Virus record (IMG/VR): IMGVR_UViG_3300030376_006284
Span: 8,658-72,657 of that record
DNA: 64,000 nt
Source of the DNA: a virus
Lineage: Duplodnaviria; Caudoviricetes
Direction: 5' to 3' (one strand)
The notes beneath the pieces are model-generated. The model was not told where the DNA came from, searched no databases, and saw nothing but the letters and a program-made list of their open reading frames with translations. Of this stretch, positions 49,001 through 54,648 are shown one piece after another. Every line of letters begins with the position of its first letter. The stretch's first letter is position 1. The position numbers and the translations under genes were made by a program.

Positions 49001-49263
49001 TCGTTGAAATTTTGTGCTCTCTCTGGGTCTATTGATTTAGCGTGTTCAAAAGAAGCACTCATTATTCCATCAAATCTATTTTGATCGAAGTCTCCTGAGT
49101 CTATTGCATCTACCGTGTAATCAAAAACATAGTCTAGATATTGATCATAAGACCCTCCTTGCCATGTTTTTAGTTTTTGTTTAGTCCCCCACTGTAAAGA
49201 CTTACCTGTAGTATCTTTATTTGAAGAAGGGAGAAAGTCAGAAAAATTAATGTTTTCAGCCAT
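31006..49263 (-). CDS. Giant polyvalent internal virion (ejection) protein, 6085 aa
   Basis: Single open frame; last of three genes of increasing size downstream of terminase. Central HExxH, SAM-binding, GHKL and glycosylase-like motifs; helical C-terminus. Confidence 0.8.
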   Translation of the reverse strand: MAENINFSDFLPSSNKDTTGKSLQWGTKQKLKTWQGGSYDQYLDYVFDYTVDAIDSGDFDQNRFDGIMSASFEHAKSIDPERAQNFNDYKLSLFSDDVPFEKEAALYEKLNTFNPNIHDQDKVDFFKAHHVDLYGEDKENQTPFSKRKPVGENLSQEDQVYAASRDHFDSLKREVTGEFSENRLPFSSYYDEEGKRQVNVASTQFLTSKFPNFKNAFNNALDSGAVSKGDLLRIAPQLQFYGDFKKTVDEIQRTNKNVTAVQDKLVQLRTAANNIKEQEGFDRVGPDDLYDFRARFTGDSERRKVMSELAQQNVEASKALSAIEILVRLNDLELKEKAAVDAVTATDYFVPVKGLFSDAFKASFKGSVGDRFDTAINYSGLGSGRENIFRNRMPLDPLTINADRLISRLNEEEREFLTNPKKIAGSLRAAVPSLKDSSDEEILDSMFHVVGSALNNSGALNYFKDDKQRHLNIRKFADFGISAHPQLMLNRNVFEKAVAQHPELNEQEKKFLKESRKDYLNNTYNDSVRLITEAGRGGRQIYKSWTKYLEENLKSSTDKKKYEILDDFLADEDNYSELLAYGEAAIKGTVDGGLSVVFGLGALLGSEGAYYNYEKARQRVSKRKELAALFGEDGKILEAFNILPEVGVDIALTGGISAGLKKGTTKLLTKQLASKGYTISSNAATSRALRDAFLTTDSKLLKDKATRLILDKDGLVPLKGSSTNVITKLVDDLTAISGGKTNKLTDLGRVAFSVGAPAGVRSASMSYYTYMDAMPDSMTYEEKRKAALGGALFRGLITAGITVGFSVAGKGSVESFGAKRMRTIHDIKGIRHARASYKELIKMSSATDKAGNSLLNRIVAEVAAKTGREGLSKSIAHGLTGLVTKKLPFAFRKYVLPESIEEGLDEFLGSFVDQKVLNENISFGDRMANTIHAAVLGGFMGGGIPAIATLAAKVKSKLKLGPDESAITEAVYREAVDEVIAEAAEINEKAAALRENGAPMTAEVLEQNRRQLLSGFVKDPVAPAGSFNMTTTANTVIDADRDPEEVVTVLAEDITGMSEIETKEGSNLYQVEYVPKDGSGEVRVAYTKDASVARVSVRKKKVNDRQESSLVEIVDYPLLPNVKDQADQLAKQEGIQLAVDTFVDQNRVSLKNNDVTVVTDPSEDTLIQLGLDIDPESEKYQSLTGNEYFVDITNEGKVVLVLNTSNIAETSSSIPKARRSKFVKSSFVESMAAAFELVSSRNKFLLLDQESTGTLSLKDFITRERTAIYEEMSPYERDRAASFVLGEDLVEGLESKVTDKEILVTAHINSLVQFELLGGTKEVEKSAWGGKARGGALSNSVKEKLLDILDYLRAAVKTAQDTFRPVIREYINNISDKLTSEFFTELEKITPEEFSKIIENNESVEGAQGEQGVEGVEGVESLEDIPVASQTSIPQVVNVSSAPSLDIPIVKSLDFNVPQPEKAGVVHGFNQDTGDTVVIEGLSIDEAQTYVEGVSIVNSTNPNLIEPTKVNNLLLEEGSDYNSDANTKVALVSSTNSVAVDLSDVRTDDDLSPLREAILQNPLFSRMILEGEFDGNNVAFVIKIRQGQPPVLLAVPKSVDFSRSLTEEDIVALKEADPVGVRIGRLSDPVKEKIASHIEQLADKGLGIRLLDGLPVSNVNPEVQDQTDLDVQLSSISSPEEVVEPTKEGVADIDPDEAEEAPDIKDKAIKKQSRLADKILRSVKRRLLREGTQAYESNGEPYVAWYDSARKAIGINSEMVKDLLAQNKPAAGKAIINLAIDEELIHQISWETLTYKERQNAIEELVNADKLGANALIRMAKEYNEPIKGYPVEKVITYLRMGQPEYLDLPEGVEINNKNRSIKESLEEYLFEELVRKHVSLVSRRGSTETDFDWLKIKDNQGILSLYKKYIENFLMGRIRSKNQLNKDSKMGPYFEIAVNKIASEFKAARQGFRRKPDPTQLDDLDIDLGVYGKQNTLIGNEINTVAPEEEEREEWMSEIDPEEVKRNVVVGKTVGTRSPSAKGTEGQGADPNNQVDLASLRLNPEAYKKNALVLLNFPIVAKEFSGDPLLEKVRKAKNPVDKAEIKKEEAIQDIAQSKKKLVSDLISFKVKEKSDQLKPERKERADEARQSFKDSEKASNKLNSDVKRLRTSLTRAKKNLRASVRKEVKNINAEIRKASAVGNSDRAKALEEQKAEIESVLLEESKPAILIEELNSKIEDLLRKGARLKGNVRAAKTVMNSALKEYSKPKVLRSEIKISSAKAVDIIEELAQDIKDGKPVRVGAKSLIVKLEAIKKKENQLTKFSADLKTKTDRLSSKLKALAKAEKAYPIEQADRIYSSLNDVATKNLGMLIRMFPQDLRVFASLWYDGANLIANRFADAYNISLEQSSAILAVNSPQKDWYMNVALAERIMHIFTARQGYVFDSSMANNFLKRAGEPELKTDKNGNSYYEGNATPVYDDEGNHATDSEGILQFNNWDSQKAKDKRDKEAKILNLGLRGKALKDIQPISFNFKGKKVSYSKEALQARFVRMFSEATANASFRDPKTFNVIRPDGAILDRPTLSDKGKPRSIAWGSYSTIEKSIRILEASQDQEMESVSKELGLMHKVRSFYNNIADPSNTSGHVTMDTHAIAALLLKPVSGNSTEVTQNFGGKGTSSDATLGLSGLYPAFAEAYRSVAFQNDLSGANYLVREVQSITWEAVRQLFPPKWKSNKNHVRVVAEIWNSYELGDITFEEAQEDIIKFVQTSKAKGMPEEEALSVSETIDSANLKRGIGVGRPDWGQAAPLTVKKGIEKPKQFSSISWQNLDAKYKKLANTKNIQRHADQLFNLLREASDQAEKRIPNSFTFQAPDFRKGGIERDIEVVKNPKGDDLLKGENKLSRDFILTPANKYAFTPSPSIYISRALGLQEFLLVTEVIKEDGSLLVTIRSGTTEPYYLSGAGLETARRFYGEEAEIVFDVGEDSYNESLAEEIKDLSPVRYEGGSVMPLTLRLAPLQDDLKYEEVPVDDDLNRLAQVENTLRNPYDYASRVDERGSAMVSVDDKLNTNIRNILETVVNTKNVKTGEPTIFKEMAQTLLETFSDDLLNVRVRRSERDHSYSSPDRGVFLGNKETLNVPSDYPNAIKESATQKLETLTVKEWLHSKFKHPIDAILNWDGIKKGLEYENDNYSAFDETPDINDYGDYSDLSDEQKIILERFVKYYAGDRESTDEDHLNFKKKPELQKIIGWNYVEDFTNTEFFLNEGKNFASDKTKVKTIAKFILKGVPPSTVIHEIMHQATQRQFDKFIESKLPRRNLDKKALKNGYKKVSEDENTPQPIRDILKLYLTAIDYGDTYLLKKGSFGFDAPTKRTTYATSAMSNFNPTSKSNFYGLGNIDEFVTESFSNIEFQEWLMSIRDPEADAEGESKSLWDKFVDLITDLINNFRLNPDYVSSRGVPIRESLLSSTVKAALEVASMNRYVDPELYTAEQWATTSGAKAAIKEAKALKAQKKVKSPNPQRVADADPKYGILRIEALGLNKPHATREFLDKNYNLKQEDSKNTQRPNTVETYRNLWDFIEKTAEETYKRESVTDIVRGKLSKDYTFNILDWGSGKGLGSPALEELSKNSYVRKGGKMGGKWGTDFAFNSLEPYFQDAEGSVAPTLKKNPPAESQDFIINNVVMNVATADERVEILQDIYKSLKEGGKAVVTARSVLDVFNTKGLKVVGPAEIVTKNSFQKGFNSESLNAFVKEVLPEAIVNIKGSKTFDVKINPEAVLIEKPFAAGANVAADSEQGLQYSKIRSGDLRNKRQTIYDIQKEAEASAEYFTPKKLQELRKLIESNVPPEIIKGASSTSYTNTFRLGGHVQLERYIRNNFSGEDAIKAIEKITGKPNSSKTPPLGKPYTTIRKIGGKSFKDFMQNFFTPYLKGKADSNIIKLIEDNVPENIIKEAKAVEPPRKVDLVVKGNWTGEEAVQAVEKITGKPNSLKPTTIKARQKPRSLGGESLKNFLRNYMVPYLSEFGGDLESDKDLKQFTKIRGDKTFSQMFSEKKQAEENVSEELSATFDVDVERIFALLGPKMYDSQLKDIVYKESIQNSYDAIKDLENQNPQIWIESNSQPQIEYGLWNQGDSIKVPDPDQKPWKWGERIQPASWTEEVSAPPELLETIVNDLKKGKVVDDKQWVYIRDNGIGMSPEIIKSAYFTLGGSYKESDNPSGGFGLAKISMLRAAQEIFVKTVRDGVESTVKVDNKTLISKKPFEISSRKVDAPSGTQIWMKFPKEIDGESVYLSAPSFHKNILDEKRQLLLINERSMRNTLSLDNIENNGYEKTSVRTLQADIDIFAYEIGDLDKEGANIPFLTEGDSPIGQSISNKSIEYYSNGLFQFVTGTPSVQKQRVPYNIKVNIKPRVPADSMDYPFGNTREKFSPQWSGKTSSDDNHPVEEEVHNVVRKYGREYFKQKFKEEFSIISGVDGNEARPSVPIVYNNLDFDLDPSETELMNDFASIVNNIADQFLGVYKYDFYENDNSLSSNDDVGLALRNFAKADAENDPNFKGVSYHYGSALSKNWGGVNTGINPRVILVNPVYGSLNFTEDGELNEDVGVEGLAAFLTDIILHEVNHVGQRNEGAGFTYPFSAVRAYHSQMNPIFEESNRLIQDLIINKYESIKTLRKKFVKGSTKFLNAELQANKFVNTFAEPNNVRGREVRSRGEIVEQNFGKSVSPDEVQETNRGITVLEAIVGRTFKANEVNNDPPIQRTRISAQPENNWSSLAGKQVGGLYISSEAIEDGYSILEKPSNKVKKEQYEQAKLRLEAHLEEERINAESENDNHVPFSYDLVSIEKDQVRFMLMSDLKEAHPFVVESLRVPHSADEDIQEGRIGNAIFHRMETILGQRHPLYKYHKTITDLESSLGLLGSPSGSERVWKDQIESTGLRYEDLLKEHQIIKDKFFPDDQRTKIHTKDPTEAPEYLEATESWNMLTDILRADIPVMEDSRGVKYLQRLLYRSKAHPEWKKGGKYWSLFFGPNERKLRRYIERSNFFKSTIGNKVLAYKNTTDDLLNSVYVQAGKEIPSQVIMDATGSTDLNAPEEILAQIQEDYLNELDGVNTNEELTAEEKEKAFLDAFNNRETAKSKARTEAIKAAKRKQNQSIAIIRNDSPELADHIVSLRKLADTLSSEVADIISFTAPDLKLRIGAGLQLYLTKQYRIFTYKKGEWANEFLNKEVHKDARDLALDYFATHWKAQRVEHLIKEGGLTKEMANIEAQAELESNDDLAQQALEEFLKSYEGDYGVDSFKRRGNLPEGMRAALGEFKEESNLDILYRTVINLGGLASKLALKDRIVSEGIKAGWLVTQEKIAEETARAKKFDRPNPYKDYEEVSKTTSSDSDVAEVAGSEGTTKLGAFKVKFNPDGTAKEAPTRKPPNTDPLINYRVKTEDGSVEEKGNLLAHPEVASYIRSILNPERAKDLNFAEQAENILAQISGLSLVSKTAGSVPFYERQVLGSFLFLSQNGLPASELAGYIPQLGSEIKRQVFPSGVFNKRSYTQNDSADRGSMGYYAQLSTLGVLDGGVNYALLRDLLGGSKGFSISRERDAEDIQLEIDNLQDPSRAEKFKSKLFPEGSVQEKTLLKAAGMIAGTGSIASKKAQALVLALDNAMKIVAFEYEKQTILAARQDSIEANRNDMYKDMTNAEVDALAGDIILKTQQSRSQSAPIVKFFAEFPVVRVITAPFARFIGENPRLMTNIPRQARAEQKSENPIIQARGKRRANGFIGTNFVLYMAIPKLVQLFVTNLNDEDEREFREGSPKWSRIQNLLYVRQNGQLNSMSFSYVHPMSPILDSLMRGFESAVRGEPKKAIEALTTDYLLNTFLNEQIMFSAMMDVFVFNEDANTGREIYTEYSPDALQLKLKYIYEKGLEPPSLTAARKIIKATGDADYKTGEDARTFMGSPYYSPEGEFFRHITPVKFHALQLEQLARRRFKEIQGGLYGELSRKNVLLNEEKGYQNKQVQKIISREYQAMEAALKDARAAYLVYSKALGETAVKDIMKGARLRKSLVDIVAKGYITTEDFQNEGQGIKDYLSDRNLDIRRQRVIDAYKDSMGGSLLRSLD

Positions 49264-49293
49264 TGGTTTTTATTTGGGAGCTGGAGTTGGGAC

Positions 49294-50670
49294 TTACTTT
49301 TTTGGAGTCTTTCCTTGTAAATTATCTAAGTCGCTTGTATTAACAGAGTTTGTCTGACCCTTTTCTTTTACACCAGAAGTTGTATTTAAAAATATAAGTC
49401 TAGCCGTAAGATTTCGGATTTCATCAGCTAACAATAAATATTGTTGCTTAACAACAACTTCTTTTTTTGTAGAAGGGTCTACTTTAACCCATTCTTTATT
49501 ATTTATTTTAGTCTTTAACGCTGTGACTTCTTTATCTATTTCAGATTTAGCAGAAGGAGGAAGAACACTACTGTACGTTTCTAATCCAGATAATAAACTT
49601 GTAAGCTTTACTTGAGCTGCGGTTTTTTCCTCAGGGACATCGTCTGATTCTAAAGGAATAGATGATTTCAATTCATTTATTATTGAATTTATGTCTTCTG
49701 TAATTTTAACGTTGGAAGCTAAAGATGCTTGATCTTTCCTAAACGTTTTAACCGCATTCAGTGCGTCCTTCAACTGATCTTGTTGAGATTTAGCAAAGTC
49801 AGGTACATGCCCTATAGATGCAGCCGTACTATTAATAAAGTTTTGTGTAGAAACCTCTCTAGAAAACTCACGATCTTCTTTCCTAGCTGCTCTTGATCTT
49901 TCGTACCTAATTTCACTTCCTGCTTGCTGCAAAGCAGCATTAACTGCACCTACTTGATTGTCATCCAACATAAACTTAGATCCTATGATAGAAAGGTCAG
50001 CTATCGCTTTCTTTCTGTCTCGGTCTCGTTGAGCCACGTCCAAAGTGCCCGCAGTAAAATCTGTATCAATTTTTTGCATATCTGTATTAAATTTTTGTAG
50101 TGCTCCTTGAACTTCATCTCTTTGGTTTAAAGCTTCTGTTTCTTGATTAAAATCTCTTTTAGCTTTATCAAGTCCTACTGCCCTAAGTTCTCCAAGCTGC
50201 TTTCCAGCTTGTAAGTTTTGCTCTGTAGATTTTATGGCTAACTCTTGATTCTTTAAATCTAAAACTCTTTTTTGTTCTGCGTCAGCAGCAGTCCCTGCTT
50301 TATCGAAGTCCTCAACAAACATACGCCTTATACCTTCTTTATCTTGAGCAGATAAGTTTGCAGCATTAACATCAGAAAACCATTGTCTTTTCAAAGGAGC
50401 TAAATCTTTTGCTCCTTCAAAAGCTCCGCTAGCATAGGCAGCTTTAAGTTGTTCTCCTTGCTGCATCAAAGAATTAGATTCTGGAGTAGCTACGTTAGGC
50501 TCATCCATTCTCATAAGCTCCCCTTGGAGTTTTAACCTTCGGCCTTCTGGAGTAAACTCTCCTATTCTTCTTGCAGCGCTCCTGAAACGTGCAGAACGTG
50601 GAGAAACGGTTCTACGTCTAGAAGACATAGATTGACCGAACGGGGTAGAAATTAAATCTTGGAGGCCCAT
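49294..50670 (-). CDS. Putative internal virion protein (458 aa)
   Basis: Helical, Ala/Gln/Lys-rich; directly precedes the giant protein. Confidence 0.5.
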   Translation of the reverse strand: MGLQDLISTPFGQSMSSRRRTVSPRSARFRSAARRIGEFTPEGRRLKLQGELMRMDEPNVATPESNSLMQQGEQLKAAYASGAFEGAKDLAPLKRQWFSDVNAANLSAQDKEGIRRMFVEDFDKAGTAADAEQKRVLDLKNQELAIKSTEQNLQAGKQLGELRAVGLDKAKRDFNQETEALNQRDEVQGALQKFNTDMQKIDTDFTAGTLDVAQRDRDRKKAIADLSIIGSKFMLDDNQVGAVNAALQQAGSEIRYERSRAARKEDREFSREVSTQNFINSTAASIGHVPDFAKSQQDQLKDALNAVKTFRKDQASLASNVKITEDINSIINELKSSIPLESDDVPEEKTAAQVKLTSLLSGLETYSSVLPPSAKSEIDKEVTALKTKINNKEWVKVDPSTKKEVVVKQQYLLLADEIRNLTARLIFLNTTSGVKEKGQTNSVNTSDLDNLQGKTPKK

Positions 50671-50671
50671 A

Positions 50672-51262
50672 TTATTTATTTTTATTAGCTGCTTTTTCTT
50701 TTTTCCTTTTTGCTGCTGCCGCAGCGTACTTGTCTATCATAGCTTGCTGCCTTCCCTCTATATTAGCAGAAGCTATTCCCATTATTGTGTTTTCTCCTAT
50801 GCGATTAGGAAACGCTTCATCATATTCTTTTTGCCTTTGTTCAGGAGTCCTTTCTTGTCTAGCTCCTGCTCTTTTACTTCTAGCTTCTATTTGTTCTTCG
50901 TAACGTGCTTGAGCATCTTTTTTCCTCTTATTCCTTCTAGACATCATTCTATCCCTAAAAAGGTTTACATTTGGTTTTTCAGCGTTTACATCTTGAGTAA
51001 TACTAGTTACAAATTTTGGGTTTTGAATATCAAATCGCCTTACATCTTGTTCAGGTTTTTGGATATTTAAGGGCTTAATAGAATTAAGTCTTGTACGAGG
51101 AGCACTTAAAGGGGCAATAGCTGGATCAGAACCTTTACCTATAACTTCAGGCTGTCCCATCTCAATGGAGCTGTTTTCGTAACCTTTTAAAAATTCAGTA
51201 GGAGAAAGCTTTTGATCCTCTTTTAGTTTTTTCTTGCGACGAAGAAAGTCAAATATAGCCAT
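50672..51262 (-). CDS. Putative internal virion protein (196 aa, basic)
   Basis: First gene of the operon; TTGACT-16-TAAATT upstream. Confidence 0.5.
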   Translation of the reverse strand: MAIFDFLRRKKKLKEDQKLSPTEFLKGYENSSIEMGQPEVIGKGSDPAIAPLSAPRTRLNSIKPLNIQKPEQDVRRFDIQNPKFVTSITQDVNAEKPNVNLFRDRMMSRRNKRKKDAQARYEEQIEARSKRAGARQERTPEQRQKEYDEAFPNRIGENTIMGIASANIEGRQQAMIDKYAAAAAKRKKEKAANKNK

Positions 51263-51334
51263 GTTATAAAAATATTAGTAAAATTTAAAATACCTTAATA
51301 ATTTAAATTCATAGTAAATAAAGTCAAAAGTTCA

Positions 51335-51459
51335 TTTAGAGGTACCCCCTATATATAAACTCTCTTTAGATCCTCTCACACTTTCCACTGTGTGTACTTT
51401 GTATTACAGTAGAAAATGTGAGCAGTGTAATATAAACTTTATACCCCTCCCCCCTCTGG
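51335..51459 (-). repeat. Dispersed ~120-bp structured element, copy 2
   Basis: Direct repeat of 26428-26544 with a 14-nt insertion at the hairpin apex; begins right after the terminase stop. Confidence 0.9.
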
Positions 51460-51460
51460 C

Positions 51461-53224
51461 TTAATCTGCAAGAACCTGAGCACTTAACATACCCGTAAGA
51501 TTTTTAATAGATTTTTGAGACCCTGATTGTGTTACTCCTTGAGCATTAGGAGGTTCGGCTGCAACTAATCCTAATCTCTGGCGAGCAACATCGATGCAAA
51601 GGAAAGCAGCATCCGCTACGTCTGGCGATTTTCCTAAGCGAGATTTAAACTCAGGCTTTGATTCTATCTTCATTTTTAAAGATCCTGACTTGTACATTTC
51701 AAACCTCCTGCCTGTCATTTCACTTGCCAGTTCATTAGATATACCAAACAATTGTTTTGTCCTCATTAACTCCTTACCAGCAAACCACAACTCACTACAC
51801 CTGTTTGAATATAGCTCTGTACCAATTAATTTAGAATTGACAGACACTCTTTTCTCAGAAGGTTTACCTCCGAATGATACCCTTAAAATATTTAAAAGAC
51901 CTTCTGCTTCGATTATGTCGCAAAAAGGATTCCCAGCACCCGTCGAGTCCACCGCTAGATTTGCAGGATCAATCTTCCTCTTCTCCAGTTCCGTCCGTAA
52001 CATCTTCACGATCTGGTATGAACGAGGCACCGCTGTGTTGGTGGCATCGTCCAAAAGGGGGATAGAATCTTTTAGTTCACACACATACTGACCACTTAAA
52101 TCATACCCAACTAACCCTGTATAAAGAATACACCTATCTCCTCCATTACTAAAAGCAGGGTCAAGACCTGCACACGGTATAGGGTTCCCTTTCCACTGTA
52201 CAGTGTTCATTGAACCTGAACGACTTATACCTGATTCAGAGTATATTGTTTCCTCTTCGTCGTTTTCAAAGAAAACAGCAGACACCATTCGTTTATATCC
52301 TCTAGAATCAGGGCCTAATAAATCCCTGTCTTCTTGTAATTTTTCTTCTGTGGGCAACCAAGGATATATTGTTTTTCCTGCTATAATGTTGGGTGATCTT
52401 TCTCCATCTAATCTCAAGTATCTCCCTCCGTATTTTGTTTTCCATTCGTCTGCATCAATAGGAACAGAGTCCCACCCGTCTTCAGGCTGCGCCCAAACTC
52501 CAAAAGCATCGTACCTTGAAGCAGGGTTACTCATACCAATAAGCTTAAAACTTGGGTTTTTAGACAAGTTAGTAAGACCTGCTTGCAAAATACTTTCACT
52601 AAGTTCACTAAGCTCGTCAGCTACCACCAGCACGTTTTTTTGTTTAATTCCTATAAATTTACCAACTGCTGTCTTTTCTTTGCTTTTTTCACAAGCTATT
52701 AAACTAAGCCCTGCTTTTTCTATAAGGGTTCCTTTTTCGTTTATATAAGCTACGTTTCCTATTGAATCCCGTATCCTGAACGGTGCACCATTTATAACGT
52801 TTAGTAAGGTGATCACTGAACCCCATATCCTTTTTCGTGCTTCCCGCAACGTGGTTGATGTTAAAAGAACCAGTGTATCCCTTGGAGCAGCTAACCAACA
52901 GACAATAGCATAAGCAGCCATTGTGTGTGATTTACCTGAAGAAGCAGCACCTCCCACTGCTAAGTATTTATTTCCAAGAGCTGCTTTAATCATAGAGGTA
53001 GCCCACGGATGCCTAACCATAAGTTTTTCAGGAAGCTCATCGTTGTTCCAAAGCTCATCACAAATTCTCCAAAAATAATACTCTTTAGCATTTAAATTTT
53101 TATGCTTACCAAAACCATATAGTAAAGCAGTAAGTGTATTTGTTGGTGGAATGTATAAACCCCCTACGCAAATTTTTTGAGTTTTAGAATCAAGGTAAGG
53201 TTCAAATTTGTTAATACTAGCCAT
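51461..53224 (-). CDS. terL: Terminase large subunit
   Basis: Walker A GAASSGKS, Walker B VVADE, GMSNP, nuclease motifs GLDPAF..GGD and SPDVADA. Confidence 0.9.
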   Translation of the reverse strand: MASINKFEPYLDSKTQKICVGGLYIPPTNTLTALLYGFGKHKNLNAKEYYFWRICDELWNNDELPEKLMVRHPWATSMIKAALGNKYLAVGGAASSGKSHTMAAYAIVCWLAAPRDTLVLLTSTTLREARKRIWGSVITLLNVINGAPFRIRDSIGNVAYINEKGTLIEKAGLSLIACEKSKEKTAVGKFIGIKQKNVLVVADELSELSESILQAGLTNLSKNPSFKLIGMSNPASRYDAFGVWAQPEDGWDSVPIDADEWKTKYGGRYLRLDGERSPNIIAGKTIYPWLPTEEKLQEDRDLLGPDSRGYKRMVSAVFFENDEEETIYSESGISRSGSMNTVQWKGNPIPCAGLDPAFSNGGDRCILYTGLVGYDLSGQYVCELKDSIPLLDDATNTAVPRSYQIVKMLRTELEKRKIDPANLAVDSTGAGNPFCDIIEAEGLLNILRVSFGGKPSEKRVSVNSKLIGTELYSNRCSELWFAGKELMRTKQLFGISNELASEMTGRRFEMYKSGSLKMKIESKPEFKSRLGKSPDVADAAFLCIDVARQRLGLVAAEPPNAQGVTQSGSQKSIKNLTGMLSAQVLAD

Positions 53225-53268
53225 AGTAAGTTGATATTTACATATAATTCTAGTATATATAAAGGGTA

Positions 53269-53856
53269 TTGTCTAAGAGATCTAAAAAGTCAAAACTGCT
53301 AAAGAAAGCAATCGAATTGTATAACGAAGATTATACGCTGGTGAATATTGCTAAAGAGTTAGATATAAATACATCTACTTTACGGAGATGGTTACGAGCA
53401 GAAGGCGTAGAACCCAAAACAAACTCGCATAGCGCAAACCCAAAGCCTGATGATATTGATCCTTTGCAAACTGCTCTAGACGAAAACTTAGATAAAAAGA
53501 CTCACGAAGCTATCAAGCTAGCAAAACTAGAAGCTAGAGCAGAAGAAGAAAAAGCAATACTAGAAATATCAGAAGCTAAGAATAGCCCTGCTGAAAAATA
53601 CCAAAGCTATGTCGCTGCTTCTGCTATTAAGCTTCTTAGAGATAATTTAAAGAACTTAAGAGGGCCAAGAACTATTAGAGAGTTAAGTGAACTAGATCAA
53701 TTGATCAGGCGTAATTTAAATATAGATAACAAAGGAGGTTCGGGACAAGGGTTACAAATTGATATTAATATTTTAAATAACACAAAAGCTGATTTGGGAG
53801 AGGGAGCTGTTAAAGTTAATCCTAAAAAAGTTATAGATGTTGATCCTGAAGATTAA
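53269..53856 (+). CDS. HTH protein, candidate terminase small subunit
   Basis: N-terminal HTH (TLVNIAKELDINTSTLRRWL), helical middle, IDINILN..KVIDV tail. Confidence 0.5.
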   Translation: MSKRSKKSKLLKKAIELYNEDYTLVNIAKELDINTSTLRRWLRAEGVEPKTNSHSANPKPDDIDPLQTALDENLDKKTHEAIKLAKLEARAEEEKAILEISEAKNSPAEKYQSYVAASAIKLLRDNLKNLRGPRTIRELSELDQLIRRNLNIDNKGGSGQGLQIDINILNNTKADLGEGAVKVNPKKVIDVDPED

Positions 53857-54101
53857 TGAAAGGACAAAAATTATTTTTCCCAGAAAAAGAAAAAGTAGAT
53901 AACCCTAAAGTTCTTGTTAGAGAAAACAAAGGTAATGATTTTTATTTTAGACAGGACTGTTTAGTTGGAAAGTACTACAGAGTTTTCCCCACTTCAGCTC
54001 ATGAAATTTTTTTATTACAAAGTTTAAGGAAAAACATAGACGTGTACTTGCCAGCAGATGAGTATGGAGGTTTAATTGTTTCTTCTGAGATCTTAGGTTA
54101 A
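53856..54101 (+). CDS. Hypothetical protein
   Basis: TAATG overlaps on both sides. Confidence 0.55.
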   Translation: MKGQKLFFPEKEKVDNPKVLVRENKGNDFYFRQDCLVGKYYRVFPTSAHEIFLLQSLRKNIDVYLPADEYGGLIVSSEILG

Positions 54102-54604
54102 TGACTATCGTCGGAATAGATAATGGGTTAGACGGAGGTTTAGTAGGGGTATCGTCTAGTACAGGAGACATTATAGATAAAACCCCAATGAAAACCTTGG
54201 AAAGGTATGGAAAACGAGAAGTAGATACATACAAAACGTATCAATGGATTTTAAGTTTAGATTCACCTCCTAAAGATTTATTTATAGCTATAGAAGAACC
54301 CTTAAGACATGCAAGATCGTCACAAGCCGTAAGATCTATGGCTTTATCTTTTGGTAAACTTTTAGGGTTGTGTGAAGTGCAAGGTTGGAAACACCGTTGC
54401 GTGGTGGTTAGAGACTGGCAACGATCCATGTTAGGAAAGTTTAGCAAAGGGCAATCTAAACAAAAAGCTTTGGAAATAGCTTTAAATATAGAGCCGTTAG
54501 AAAAATGGTTAAAAAGTAAGCGGGCTACAAAACCTCATGATGGAATGATAGACGCTTTCTTAATTGCTCATTATATAAAAAAACACGAATTTAATTTTTC
54601 TTAA
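54101..54604 (+). CDS. RuvC-like Holliday junction resolvase
   Basis: IVGIDNGLDGG, IAIEE, DGMIDAFLIA. Confidence 0.85.
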   Translation: MTIVGIDNGLDGGLVGVSSSTGDIIDKTPMKTLERYGKREVDTYKTYQWILSLDSPPKDLFIAIEEPLRHARSSQAVRSMALSFGKLLGLCEVQGWKHRCVVVRDWQRSMLGKFSKGQSKQKALEIALNIEPLEKWLKSKRATKPHDGMIDAFLIAHYIKKHEFNFS

Positions 54605-54648
54605 AAAAAGTTTGGACATGTTTATCTTCCTGTAGTATTAGGAAGTTA

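Noticed and set aside
31006-49263. Giant protein as an N4- or crAss-type virion RNA polymerase
   Set aside because: I saw no DxDxD catalytic motif or T7-type polymerase motifs in a convincing context; the recognisable domains are polyvalent-type.
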